Shown one piece after another: positions 1 through 8,768 of a stretch of 34,460 bases of DNA. The notes under the pieces are model-generated. The model saw only the letters and a list, made by a program, of their open reading frames with translations. It was not told where the DNA came from and did no database searches. The stretch lies in contig JBAYQC010000001.1 in NCBI GenBank assembly GCA_041677365.1, forward strand, positions 1-34,460, given 5' to 3'. Position 1 is the first letter of the stretch, and each line of letters begins with the position of its first letter. The DNA is from Candidatus Izemoplasmatales bacterium (GTDB lineage: Bacteria > Bacillota_I > Bacilli_A > Izemoplasmatales > Hujiaoplasmataceae). The translations under genes were made by a program, and so were the position numbers.

Positions 1-230
1 AAGAAATCTTGTTCTTGTTCATAGAATTCATCTTTAGTATTTAGTGAATTACGGATTGAAACAAGGGTAATCATACTCTCGATTTCATCGTTTAAAGCAA
101 ACATCTTTTCGATAGCTTTCTCTTCGACTTCTAAAGATTCATCTTCTCCGATTTTGGCTAACAAATCTTTAGTTTTTATAATAAATTCTTCTAAATCTGG
201 TCTTTCATACTTAAAATCTTTAAATTTCAT
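1..230 (-). CDS. M3-family oligoendopeptidase F-like peptidase, N-terminal fragment (gene runs off the left edge)
   Basis: Not in the ORF track because it is truncated by the window. Reverse-complement translation from the ATG (complement of 228-230) reads MKFKDFKYERPDLEEFIIKTKDLLAKIGEDESLEVEEKAIEKMFALNDEIESMITLVSIRNSLNTKDEFYEQEQDF. The F-x-Y-x-RPD start and the DEFYxQEQDF block are typical of Firmicute M3B oligoendopeptidases. A GAGAGG RBS lies just upstream (complement of about 236-243). Confidence 0.6.
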   Translation of the reverse strand, partial: MKFKDFKYERPDLEEFIIKTKDLLAKIGEDESLEVEEKAIEKMFALNDEIESMITLVSIRNSLNTKDEFYEQEQDF

Positions 231-266
231 TGTTCTACCTCTCTTTTAAATTAATATTTTTTATCT

Positions 267-683
267 TTATTCACCGATAATCTTAATTAAAACCCGTTTT
301 TTTCTCATGCCATCGAACTCACCATAAAAAATTTCTTCCCAAGGACCAAAATCTAACTTACCTTCGGTTATAGCACACACGACTTCTCTACCCATTATCT
401 GTCTTTTTATATGAGCATCGGCATTATCTTCATAGCCATTGTGTTCATACATTGAATGGGGTTTTTCTGGAGCAATCTTTTCTAAGAACTTTTCAAAATC
501 ATGGTGAAGTCCAGTTTCGTTATCATTAATAAAAACTGAAGCAGTAATATGCATAGCATTAACTAATACTAAACCTTCCATTATTCCTGAAGCTTTAATT
601 GCTTGATTAACTTTATCAGTAATCCTTATAAATTCACGTCGTTTCTTAGTTTCAAACCACAGTTCCTGTCGATAACTCTTCAT
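267..683 (-). CDS. yjbQ: YjbQ/UPF0047 family protein (secondary thiamine-phosphate synthase enzyme)
   Basis: 138 aa, the full family length. Family-typical blocks are present: [27 protein letters not shown] and [16 protein letters not shown]. Confidence 0.85.
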   Translation of the reverse strand: MKSYRQELWFETKKRREFIRITDKVNQAIKASGIMEGLVLVNAMHITASVFINDNETGLHHDFEKFLEKIAPEKPHSMYEHNGYEDNADAHIKRQIMGREVVCAITEGKLDFGPWEEIFYGEFDGMRKKRVLIKIIGE

Positions 684-1353
684 TAGTATTTCTCCTTTTC
701 TTTGCTAGAGTCAAGATCAATCCCAAAGCAATTGATAAGAAACCAGCACTTAGAATCCGGTAATTCTCAGGCAAGAGAAAAGTGATGGTATGAGCAGGAA
801 TCCAAAAACAAGGGATTGTTTTAAAAACTACGAAAGTAATAAAATTTTTAAAATCAATTGAGTCAATAACCTTCGAAATTTTTACTTTTCTAATTTGTTT
901 GAATCTACCTTTGCCAATTTCTATGTAAGTATCGGTAACTCGGTGTAACAACATAAAAGTAGGAGCGAAGATTAAATTCATAAACATACTAGTAATAAAA
1001 GCAATATAGAGATTGTTTAAAAGCCCATCTTGGTTTAACTTTGGTAAAAGTCCAGAATCGATACTCGCTCTAACTCCTTGATCAAAGATTTTAAACACCA
1101 AGACAAATGCCATTCCTAATAATCCCCAGATGATAAAACGATAAATGAGACCATCTTTAGAAAAATAGTTTTTTGATATTAGTCTAGACGCTAACATTTC
1201 CCCCATTGTTGCTAAAATAGCAGTTTTAATAAAACCCATTAAATACGGGGAATTCGAACTGGCAGTTTCAATAAATACTCTTGTGACTGGGATTGCAAGG
1301 ATAGTTATGATTATAATGAAAATCAGTATAAATAATCCGTCAATTTTCTTCAT
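652..1353 (-). CDS. Polytopic membrane protein, family not recognised
   Basis: 233 aa with about 6 hydrophobic helices. Its stop overlaps the yjbQ start by 32 nt, suggesting co-transcription (membrane protein - yjbQ - pepF-like). Confidence 0.55.
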   Translation of the reverse strand: MKKIDGLFILIFIIIITILAIPVTRVFIETASSNSPYLMGFIKTAILATMGEMLASRLISKNYFSKDGLIYRFIIWGLLGMAFVLVFKIFDQGVRASIDSGLLPKLNQDGLLNNLYIAFITSMFMNLIFAPTFMLLHRVTDTYIEIGKGRFKQIRKVKISKVIDSIDFKNFITFVVFKTIPCFWIPAHTITFLLPENYRILSAGFLSIALGLILTLAKKRRNTNEELSTGTVV

Positions 1354-1473
1354 GAATAATTCTCCTGTATAAAAAAAGTAATAACTTTTATCTGCAAATA
1401 AACACTAAACTAATTATAACATATATAAGTTGATTAAAAATAGAAGTTTTTATGATAATTAGTTTAGGTGAGG

Positions 1474-1502
1474 TTTAAAAATTTGTTTGAATGTGTTATA
1501 AT
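1474..1502 (+). promoter_or_regulatory. Putative sigma-A promoter of the EncFtn-like gene (TTTAAA - 17 nt - TGtTATAAT)
   Basis: Extended -10 TGTTATAAT at 1494-1502 and -35-like TTTAAA at 1474-1479. AGAGGAGG RBS at 1513-1520 before the ATG at 1529. Confidence 0.4.
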
Positions 1503-1528
1503 ATGTAGAAAAAGAGGAGGAATGAATA

Positions 1529-1816
1529 ATGAATCAATATCATGAACCATTTGAATTATTAGATGACGAAACCAGAGAAATAACTAGAGCAATCAAATCT
1601 TTAATTGAAGAATTTGAGGCGGTTGACTGGTATAATCAAAGAGTCAATGTTACTAAAGATGAAGAATTAAAAAAGATTTTAATTCATAACCGTGATGAAG
1701 AGATTGAACATGCTGCAATGGCATTGGAATGGCTAAGAAGAAAACTTCCTGTTTTAGATGAAGAACTAAAGGATAATCTTTTTAAAGAAGGTTCAATTAC
1801 TGGACATCATCACTAA
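1529..1816 (+). CDS. Encapsulated-ferritin-like (EncFtn family) ferroxidase, without a recognisable encapsulin targeting peptide
   Basis: 95 aa. HEPFELLDDET...EEFEAVDWYNQRV...ILIHNRDEEIEHAAMALEWLRR...LFKEGSIT is nearly collinear with my memory of Rhodospirillum rubrum EncFtn (HEPLEVLKEET...EELEAVDWYDQRV...AHNRDEEKEHAAMTLEWLRR...LFTEGPIT). This includes the Glu/Glu-x-x-His ferroxidase ligands. Confidence 0.8.
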   Translation: MNQYHEPFELLDDETREITRAIKSLIEEFEAVDWYNQRVNVTKDEELKKILIHNRDEEIEHAAMALEWLRRKLPVLDEELKDNLFKEGSITGHHH

Positions 1817-1821
1817 ACTTT

Positions 1822-1846
1822 AAAAAGCACCCTATGGTGCTTTTTT
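1822..1846 (+). terminator. Rho-independent terminator after the EncFtn-like gene
   Basis: AAAAAGCACC-CTAT-GGTGCTTTTTT: 6-bp GC-containing stem, 4-nt loop, T-run. Confidence 0.75.
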
Positions 1847-1890
1847 AATATTATTTTAAACTTTTTTTATTTGCTTTTTAGGAGGAAATT

Positions 1891-3844
1891 ATGCCTTATC
1901 AGAACAAATATTTAGAGCTACTTAGCTATGAATATCCCACTATTCAAATGGTAGCTTCAGAGTTAATAAATCTAAATGCAATTATGAACTTGCCTAAGGG
2001 AACAGAAATCTTTATTACTGACATACATGGTGAATATGATGCTTTTAATCATTATTTAAAAAATGCTTCAGGAATAATTCAAGAGAAGATTGAGTTAAAC
2101 TTTCCTGAACTCAGTATTAAAGAGAAAAACCGTTTAGCTTTTTTCATTTATTATCCAACAGACATGTTGAATAAGTACAAACTTAAGTTATCTAAAGATG
2201 ATTTTGTTGAGTTACTTCATAAAATTCTTTATGATATGATTAAACTCGCTAAGGAAATAGTGACTAAATATACTAAGAGTAAGGTTAGAAAGTCCCTACC
2301 GGAAGAGTTCTCTTATGTCATTCAAGAACTAATTTATGAATCGAGTTCTCATGAGGATAAAGAGAAGTATTATCAAGCGATAATTGAAGCAATCTTTTTA
2401 ACAAAAAGAGAAAGTAAATTTATTCTACAAATGTCTAGGTTTATTCGTAAACTAGCAATTGATCAGTTGCATATTATTGGAGATATTTTTGATCGTGGTC
2501 CTAAACCACATTTGATAATGGAAAAATTAATCAATATGAATAACGTTGATATTCAATGGGGAAACCATGATATCGCTTTTTTAGGAGCAGCTAGTGGCTC
2601 TAGGGTTATGGTAGCTAACGTGATAAGGATTGCAGCAAGATATAATAATTTAGATTGTTTTGAAGATGGGTATGGTATTAATTTAATTCCTTTGGCAAGA
2701 TTAGCAGAAAAGTATTATAAACATGATGATTGCCATGAGTTTCAACCTCGAGGTTTTAATAACGATTATTTTAAAAGTGAAGACCTCTCTTTCATCGCAA
2801 GAATCCATAAGGCTATAAGCGTTATTCAGTTTAAATTAGAAGCTGCATTAATTGCTAGGAAACCCGGATTTAATCTTGAAGATAGATTATTACTCGATAA
2901 GATTGATTATAATAATTATACTGTTGAGGTTGAAGGTAAAAAGTATTCATTGCTAGACCATAATTTTCCAACTATAAACCCGAAAAAACCCTATCAACTT
3001 AATAAGGATGAATTAGAAGTTATTAATCACTTAACCCAGCTGTTTTTACATAATGAAATGTTACAAAAACATGCTCGCTATTTACTTCAAAAAGGATCAA
3101 TGTATTTAAAATACAATAACAATCTATTGTTTCGCGGCTATTCCTTTAACTGAGGATGGTAAGTTTGCTACTCAGGTTCTTCATGGTGAATCTTATTACG
3201 GAAAAAGTCTTTTTGATGAGTATGATCGATTGGTTAGAAGCGCATTTTTAAATCGTTATGATAAAGAAAATCATGACCGAGATTATTTCTATATCCTATG
3301 GCAAAGCGCTACATCTCCTCTTTTTGGAAAAAATTCAATGAAAACTTTTGAAAGGTATTTTATCAAAGAAAAAATAACCCATAAAGAAATCACAAATCCG
3401 TATTATCGATATCGAATTGAAGAAAACATTTTAAGAATGATCTACGATGAATTTGATTTAGATTTTAAAAAATCAAAAATAATTAATGGTCATGTTCCTT
3501 TAGATATTACCAAAGGTGAACAAGTAATATTAGCTAACAAACGCATTTATAGTATCGATGGGGGAATGAGTAAAGAATACAGTGATAGAACAAGTATCGG
3601 TGGTTATAGCATGATTTCCGATTCACACGCTTATTTCTTAGTTTCTCACGAACGCTTTGAAACCTACCAAAAATTAATTGAAACAGAACAGGATATCGTT
3701 TCGGTTACTCGTTCAGAAGAAATCAATAAAGATCGAACCTATATTTATGATACTAATAAAGGTAAAGAAATCAAAGAGAAGATTGATGATTTATTGGAAT
3801 TATTAAATGCTTATCGTTCTGGACAGATTACCGAAAAAAAATAA
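1891..3844 (+). pseudogene. fbp: Class 3 (Firmicute-type) fructose-1,6-bisphosphatase, interrupted by a frameshift near 3133-3139
   Basis: ORFs 1891-3153 and 3230-3844 are two halves of one Fbp class 3 protein of about 640 aa. Frame 1 ends ...KYNNNLLFRGYSFN*. The +1 frame is open from 3110 and reads ...AAIPLTEDGKFATQVLHGESYYGKSLFDEYDRLVRSAF, continuing into the second ORF. The family has a conserved ...LLFHGCIPL...DG... block at this junction, so 7 nt (cgcggct) stand where 9 are expected. Confidence 0.85.
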
Positions 3845-3857
3845 TAAATTTTTCTTA

Positions 3858-3888
3858 ATCATACAAAATTTAGTTTTGTATGATTTTC
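3858..3888 (+). terminator. Rho-independent terminator after fbp
   Basis: Perfect 11-bp stem ATCATACAAAA / TTTTGTATGAT (3858-3868 and 3874-3884), 5-nt loop, followed by TTTCAT. Confidence 0.6.
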
Positions 3889-3938
3889 ATAAAAATAGGA
3901 GTTTTTTTTGAGGGTTTATAGTATTTATACTATATTTA

Positions 3939-3947
3939 TGGTATAAT
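3939..3947 (+). promoter_or_regulatory. TG-extended -10 element (TGgTATAAT), putative promoter of the purine-catabolism operon
   Basis: This is the only good -10 in the 169-nt gap between the fbp terminator and the first operon gene. The -35 is weak (TAGTAT). The same 17-mer TATGGTATAATTTACTT recurs at 24831-24847. Confidence 0.45.
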
Positions 3948-4013
3948 TTACTTCAATAATTTTTTATATAAGATATTTTTTTGTTTAAATATGTAAGCGC
4001 TTAAAGTGAGGTA

Positions 4014-4571
4014 GTGATGATTGAAGGGGTTGTTTTAGCAGGCGGATATTCTTCACGTTTCTCCAGCAATAAACTTACCAAAGTTTATCAGGGAGAGCCT
4101 TTAATTATGCATACAATAAATTCGATGCTTAGTGTCTGTGATCGAATTGTAGTTATCAGTGGACATTATCATCAAGAGATTCTTCAAGTATTACAAGGTG
4201 TCGATAAGGTAGAAGTTATTTATAATGAACTCTATAGTCAAGGCATGTTTACCTCCGTCTTAAAAGGAGCAAACTCAATCAGCCATGATTTTTTTATCAT
4301 ACCTGGTGACTACCCATTTATTGGGGAAGAAGTCTATAAAGCCTTACTTAAGGGAGAAAAAGCGATAAGAGTCCCCTCTTTCAATCACCGTCTAGGCCAT
4401 CCTATTTTTATCAAAGCAGAGTTGATTGAAAGTTTAAGAAATACAAAAGCAACTAACTTAAAAGATTTTAGGAACCAATATGACTATGAAATTATCAACG
4501 TAAATGATCAGTATATCTTAAAGGATATTGACACAATAGAAGATTTTAAAAGAATTTTAGAAAGGGATTGA
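4014..4571 (+). CDS. mocA: MobA-like NTP transferase, probable molybdenum cofactor cytidylyltransferase (MocA/YgfJ-like)
   Basis: 185 aa. The N-terminal VLAGGYSSRFSSNK matches the AAGxSSRM..K signature of MocA/MobA. The context is next to Mo-hydroxylase subunits. The ATG at 4017 (5 nt after GTGAGG) is a likelier start than the GTG at 4014. Confidence 0.75.
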   Translation: MMIEGVVLAGGYSSRFSSNKLTKVYQGEPLIMHTINSMLSVCDRIVVISGHYHQEILQVLQGVDKVEVIYNELYSQGMFTSVLKGANSISHDFFIIPGDYPFIGEEVYKALLKGEKAIRVPSFNHRLGHPIFIKAELIESLRNTKATNLKDFRNQYDYEIINVNDQYILKDIDTIEDFKRILERD

Positions 4572-5377
4572 TGAAAATGGAGATTAATAATTATTTCGCT
4601 CCAAAAAAGGTAGAAGAAGCTTACGAACTCTTCATCGACAATGAAGCTAACCGATTTATTGCCGGAGGAGCATGGATGAAATTGAGTACCAAAAAAGTCA
4701 ATGACTTAATCTCGCTTGATCGATTAAGATTGGATTATATTAAAGAGGAAAATGCTTTTTTTGAAATCGGAGCGATGACTTCTCTTAGAGCAATAGAAAC
4801 CAATCAACAAATCAAGAGTTATTACTCGGGGATTTTGAATCAAGCAGTAAGTAAAATCATGGGAGTTTCTGTTAGAAATCTCGCTACTATAGGCGGATCG
4901 GTTATGGGGAAATTTGCTTTTTCTGATTTGCTTGGAGTATTGTTGGTCTTAGATGCAAGACTACATTTTTATAAATTAGGAGAGATTTCGATCCAAGAGT
5001 TTTTAGCGATGAAAAGACCACCTCGAGATTTACTGGTAAAAATTAGAATACCTAAGGTTTCTGGAAAAGGATATTTTAAGAAAGTCAGTAAAACACATTT
5101 GGACTTTTCAGTTATCAATCTAGCGATATTTAAAGGCGAAAATATTAAGATAGCTGTTGGATCAAGACCTTTAGCAGCTGAAATTGCTAGTAAAGCTAGT
5201 AATTTCTTAAGTTCACAATCATCAATTACTGATGAAATAATTGAAAATGCTTGTGATTTAGTAATTGAAGAATTGAAACTGAGTTCTAATTTAAGAGGTT
5301 CTAAGGAATATCGTGAGCTATTGGTTAGAACCTATCTAAAGAGAGGATTAGGGCAGGTGATGAACGATGAAAATTAA
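4568..5377 (+). CDS. Xanthine dehydrogenase family, FAD-binding (CoxM/XdhB-type) subunit, module 1
   Basis: 269 aa. IAGGAWMK and ATIGGSV blocks of the PCMH-type FAD-binding fold, with a CO-dehydrogenase flavoprotein C-terminal-like tail. The start overlaps the mocA stop (TTG 4568 / ATG 4571). Confidence 0.75.
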   Translation: MMKMEINNYFAPKKVEEAYELFIDNEANRFIAGGAWMKLSTKKVNDLISLDRLRLDYIKEENAFFEIGAMTSLRAIETNQQIKSYYSGILNQAVSKIMGVSVRNLATIGGSVMGKFAFSDLLGVLLVLDARLHFYKLGEISIQEFLAMKRPPRDLLVKIRIPKVSGKGYFKKVSKTHLDFSVINLAIFKGENIKIAVGSRPLAAEIASKASNFLSSQSSITDEIIENACDLVIEELKLSSNLRGSKEYRELLVRTYLKRGLGQVMNDEN

Positions 5378-5819
5378 TCTTAATATCAATGGAGAGAAAA
5401 AAACATTTTTGATTGAGAATAATGAATATTTGTTAGATGTTCTAAGAAGAAATAATTATAAAAGTGTTAGACGCGGTTGCGATAATACAAGTTGTGGTGT
5501 TTGCACAGTGTTATTCGATGGAAAGCCAGTTCCTTCTTGTTCTTTGTTAGCAGTCAGATGTAAAGATCACGAGATTACAACTGTTGAGGGGATTGAGAAA
5601 GAAGCGGAGAAGTTAGCTAAACATTTTGGAGATTTAGGAGCGGATCAATGTGGATATTGCAATCCTTCTATGGCGCTAACTGTCTATGCATTAAAACAGG
5701 AAAATAAAAATGCTTCATTGGAAGAAATTAAAGAATATTTAGTTGGTAATCTTTGTCGCTGCACTGGTTATATATCTCAACATGAAGCTATAAAAAGATA
5801 TTTAGGTGATGAATCATGA
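5367..5819 (+). CDS. Xanthine dehydrogenase family, 2x[2Fe-2S] small subunit, module 1
   Basis: 150 aa. Motifs CDNTSCGVCTV...C and QCGYCNPSM...CRCTGY are present. 11-nt overlap with the upstream gene. Confidence 0.9.
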   Translation: MKINLNINGEKKTFLIENNEYLLDVLRRNNYKSVRRGCDNTSCGVCTVLFDGKPVPSCSLLAVRCKDHEITTVEGIEKEAEKLAKHFGDLGADQCGYCNPSMALTVYALKQENKNASLEEIKEYLVGNLCRCTGYISQHEAIKRYLGDES

Positions 5820-8122
5820 AAGTAGTAAATAATAAAACTCATTCAATTGATGGATTGGGAATAATGAAAGGTAGAAAAGCTTTTACCGATGATTTTTCCG
5901 AAAATGATTCTTTGATTATTAAAGTATTAAGATCTCCACATGCTTATGCGAAGATTAAAACTATTAAGGATGAAAAAGCTTTAGCTCTTGAAGGCATCGA
6001 AATGGTTTTAACCCATAAAGACTTTAAACGTATTTCATTTACGCGTGCTGGGCAAGGATATCCAGAACCATCACCACATGACAAGTTTGTTTTAGATGAA
6101 TATGTCCGTTATGTGGGCGATGAAGTTTTAGCTGTTGTTGGCAAGAGTGAAGATATCTGTAATAAAGCTTTAGGTTTAATCGAAGTTGAGTATGAAGTTT
6201 TAGATCCAGTTTTAGATTTTGAAAAAGCTATTGATAATAAAGTTGTAATTCATCCTGAAAAAGAAGCAAAAGAAATGTTTCCTATTGGTTTTGAACCTTT
6301 AAGAAATATTGCGGCAAGCTATAAAATGGAAGTTGGGGATGTGGAAAAGAGTTTAAAAGAATGCGATTATGTAATCAGAGAAACTTTTTACACACAAGCG
6401 CAAGCGCATGTAATGCTTGAGCCACATACTGTAAATGCGAGAATGGATTATCAAAATCGGATTTTAATTTACAGTTCCACACAAACACCTTTTCATATCA
6501 GGAGAATTATATCTCAAGGTTTAGAGATTCCATTATCTAAAATTAGAGTTATTAAACCAAGAGTTGGGGGCGGATTCGGTGGGAAACAAGCAATCCATGG
6601 AGAAATGCTTGTTGCTTATGTAACTAATAAAACTGGTAAGCCCTCTAAACTTACTTATACCCGTAAAGAAGTTTTTGAATCTTCTTATACTCGTCATCCT
6701 ATGCGATTAGAAATCGCTTTAGGAGCGCTTAAATCTGGTAAGTTAAAAGCAATTGATTGCAAAGTTTTAAGTGACACTGGAGCTTATGGAGAACATGCTT
6801 TAACGGTCTTCATGGTTACGGGATCAAAAGTTTTACCATTATATAATAAAGTTGATTCAGTTAGATTTGGCGGAGATGTGGTTTATACTAATCACACGCC
6901 TGCTGGAGCTTTTAGAGGATATGGAGCAATCCAAGGTAACTTTGCTCTTGAATCAGCCGTCGATATTCTTTGTAAAGAGATGAAAATCGATCCAATTAAG
7001 TTTAGACAAATGAACATGATGAAAGAAAAAGAAACTTCACCGATATTTGAAATTATGGGTGAGGGAACTACAGGTACAGCAATGATTATGGAAACCTGTA
7101 AGTTAGAAGAATGCGTGGAAAAAGGTCTTGAGTTGATTGATTGGAAAAACAAATACCCTAAAAAAATTATGGATAATAAAATTCGTTCAGTGGGTATGGC
7201 TTTAGCGATGCAAGGTAGTGGTATTCCTTATATTGATATGGGAGCGGCAACGATAAAATTAAATGATGATGGATTTTACAATCTAATGGTTGGAGCTACC
7301 GAAATCGGTCAGGGTAGCGATACAGTTTTAACCCAAATAGCAGCCGAAGAGCTAATGACTAGTGTTGATAAGGTAGTAATCTACTCTTCAGATACCGATT
7401 TAACTCCATTCGATGTTGGAGCATATGCTTCATCGACAACTTATGTATCAGGTAATGCGGTATTTAAAGCCGCGAAAAAACTTAAAAATTCAATGATTGA
7501 AGAAGCTGCAAGAATCTTCGAAACCAAGATTGAAGATATTGATTTCGATGGTTGTAAATTTAAATGTATCAGTAAAAATGAAGAACTTTCATTAGTTGAT
7601 TTTTCAAATCAAATTACTTATTCACATGAACAGAAACAACTTCAAGAAACAGCTTCATATGTTGGACATAAATCTCCACCGCCTTTCATGGCTGGTTTCG
7701 TTGAAATTGAAATTGATAAAGACACATATGAAATTGAAATATTAAATTATGTTTCAGTGGTAGACTGCGGCACAACAATTAATCCAATGCTCGCTAAAGG
7801 TCAAGTTGATGGTGCTATCGTTCAGGGATTGGGTATGGCTATGTTTGAAGATGTGATTTATTCTGCAAAAGGAAAACTCATCTCAAGTGATATGCTAAAT
7901 TATAAAATTCCTACTCGTTTAGACATTAAAAATTTAACAACAGTTTTTGTTGATTCATATGAAGAAAGTGGTCCGTTTGGAGCTAAATCAGTTGGGGAAA
8001 TTGGAATTGACACTCCACCAGCTGCACTTGCAAATGCTGTTTATAACGCTCTTGGCGTAAGAATTAAAGATTTACCGATTACACCAGAAAAAATATATGA
8101 AGAATTGAGGAAAAAATCATGA
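5816..8122 (+). CDS. Xanthine dehydrogenase family, molybdopterin-binding large subunit, module 1
   Basis: 768 aa. Blocks VGGGFGGKQ (about 6561-6590), AFRGYG (about 6907-6925) and C-terminal GAKSVGE. ATGA start/stop overlap with the FeS subunit. Confidence 0.9.
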   Translation: MKVVNNKTHSIDGLGIMKGRKAFTDDFSENDSLIIKVLRSPHAYAKIKTIKDEKALALEGIEMVLTHKDFKRISFTRAGQGYPEPSPHDKFVLDEYVRYVGDEVLAVVGKSEDICNKALGLIEVEYEVLDPVLDFEKAIDNKVVIHPEKEAKEMFPIGFEPLRNIAASYKMEVGDVEKSLKECDYVIRETFYTQAQAHVMLEPHTVNARMDYQNRILIYSSTQTPFHIRRIISQGLEIPLSKIRVIKPRVGGGFGGKQAIHGEMLVAYVTNKTGKPSKLTYTRKEVFESSYTRHPMRLEIALGALKSGKLKAIDCKVLSDTGAYGEHALTVFMVTGSKVLPLYNKVDSVRFGGDVVYTNHTPAGAFRGYGAIQGNFALESAVDILCKEMKIDPIKFRQMNMMKEKETSPIFEIMGEGTTGTAMIMETCKLEECVEKGLELIDWKNKYPKKIMDNKIRSVGMALAMQGSGIPYIDMGAATIKLNDDGFYNLMVGATEIGQGSDTVLTQIAAEELMTSVDKVVIYSSDTDLTPFDVGAYASSTTYVSGNAVFKAAKKLKNSMIEEAARIFETKIEDIDFDGCKFKCISKNEELSLVDFSNQITYSHEQKQLQETASYVGHKSPPPFMAGFVEIEIDKDTYEIEILNYVSVVDCGTTINPMLAKGQVDGAIVQGLGMAMFEDVIYSAKGKLISSDMLNYKIPTRLDIKNLTTVFVDSYEESGPFGAKSVGEIGIDTPPAALANAVYNALGVRIKDLPITPEKIYEELRKKS

Positions 8123-8757
8123 AAAATAATCGTTTAGAATTTGTAGTTAAAATTGTTTTCTTTGGGGCTTTATGGGGGTTAGTAGAAGCAACCCTTGGAT
8201 ATGCTTTGCATATATTACCAGCACTGATTGCTGGTAGTATCATGTTTCCAATTGTAATGGTGATACTATACCAAGCCTATAAAAGTTTAGACTCAAGAAA
8301 AGCAATTTTATTTGTTGGCTTTGTAGCAATCTTAATTAAATCATCAAATTTATTATTACCGTTCTTATTTCCGGCAAAAACTATCAATCCGATGATTGCG
8401 ATGTTTATTCAAAGCCTGCTTGCATTTGCGTTTATTCCTAACCTTTCAAGTTCGAGTATAGTTAAGAAAATTGCGATTTTAACCGGTATTAGCCTTACTT
8501 GGCGTTTAGGGATGATTGGTTATTATGCAATTAACTACTCTTTGACTAGTTTCTTAGACTTTAGAATTGCTAATTTTGATTCAGCACTTGCTTTTGTAGT
8601 TTTTGAAGGCTTGATTTCAGGTGCTTTTGCAATAATTCTAGTCATTGGCTATGAAAAATTTAAGCTTTTGGATCGAGTAAAAACCCTAAGAATTAATCCG
8701 ATTCTCTCAACCGTAGCTTTAGCCTTAGCCTTATTCTTCACTCTTTATAAGTTTTGA
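8119..8757 (+). CDS. Uncharacterised 6-7 TM membrane protein embedded in the Mo-hydroxylase/maturation block
   Basis: 212 aa and almost entirely hydrophobic helices. ATGA overlap with the Mo subunit stop. No family recognised. The size and topology resemble small substrate-capture/transport proteins, but this is only an impression. Confidence 0.6.
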   Translation: MKNNRLEFVVKIVFFGALWGLVEATLGYALHILPALIAGSIMFPIVMVILYQAYKSLDSRKAILFVGFVAILIKSSNLLLPFLFPAKTINPMIAMFIQSLLAFAFIPNLSSSSIVKKIAILTGISLTWRLGMIGYYAINYSLTSFLDFRIANFDSALAFVVFEGLISGAFAIILVIGYEKFKLLDRVKTLRINPILSTVALALALFFTLYKF

Positions 8758-8768
8758 AAGGATAGTCA

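Noticed and set aside
1400-1470. Fur/PerR-box-like AT-rich inverted repeats (TTATAACATATATAA and TGATAATTAGTTTA) upstream of the EncFtn-like gene.
   Set aside because: They are only partial matches to the 7-1-7 consensus. In DNA this AT-rich, such matches are expected by chance. I cannot support them without a scored PWM scan.
3151-3153. The TGA ending the first fbp ORF as a possible selenocysteine or readthrough codon. This was tempting because the neighbouring cluster family is linked to selenium metabolism.
   Set aside because: The conserved Fbp sequence continues in the +1 frame, not in-frame after the TGA. The break is therefore a frameshift and not recoding. No SECIS-like hairpin is evident downstream.
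3880-3921. A 13-codon uORF (MIFIKIGVFFEGL*) between the fbp terminator and the operon promoter, considered as a possible leader peptide.
   Set aside because: It starts inside the 3' arm of the terminator hairpin, lies upstream of the predicted -10 and so would not be on the operon transcript, and has no RBS.
3845-4013. A purine (or Moco) riboswitch in the leader of the purine operon. The guaD leader (24720-24800, - strand) was checked as well.
   Set aside because: I could not find the conserved purine-aptamer core (three-way junction with the U/C-rich J regions, for example ...UAUAAUC.CG.GGAUAUGG...CCGUAAAU...) or any convincing three-stem fold. The region is mostly terminator plus AT-rich promoter DNA. 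A covariance-model scan (Rfam RF00167, RF01055) would settle it.
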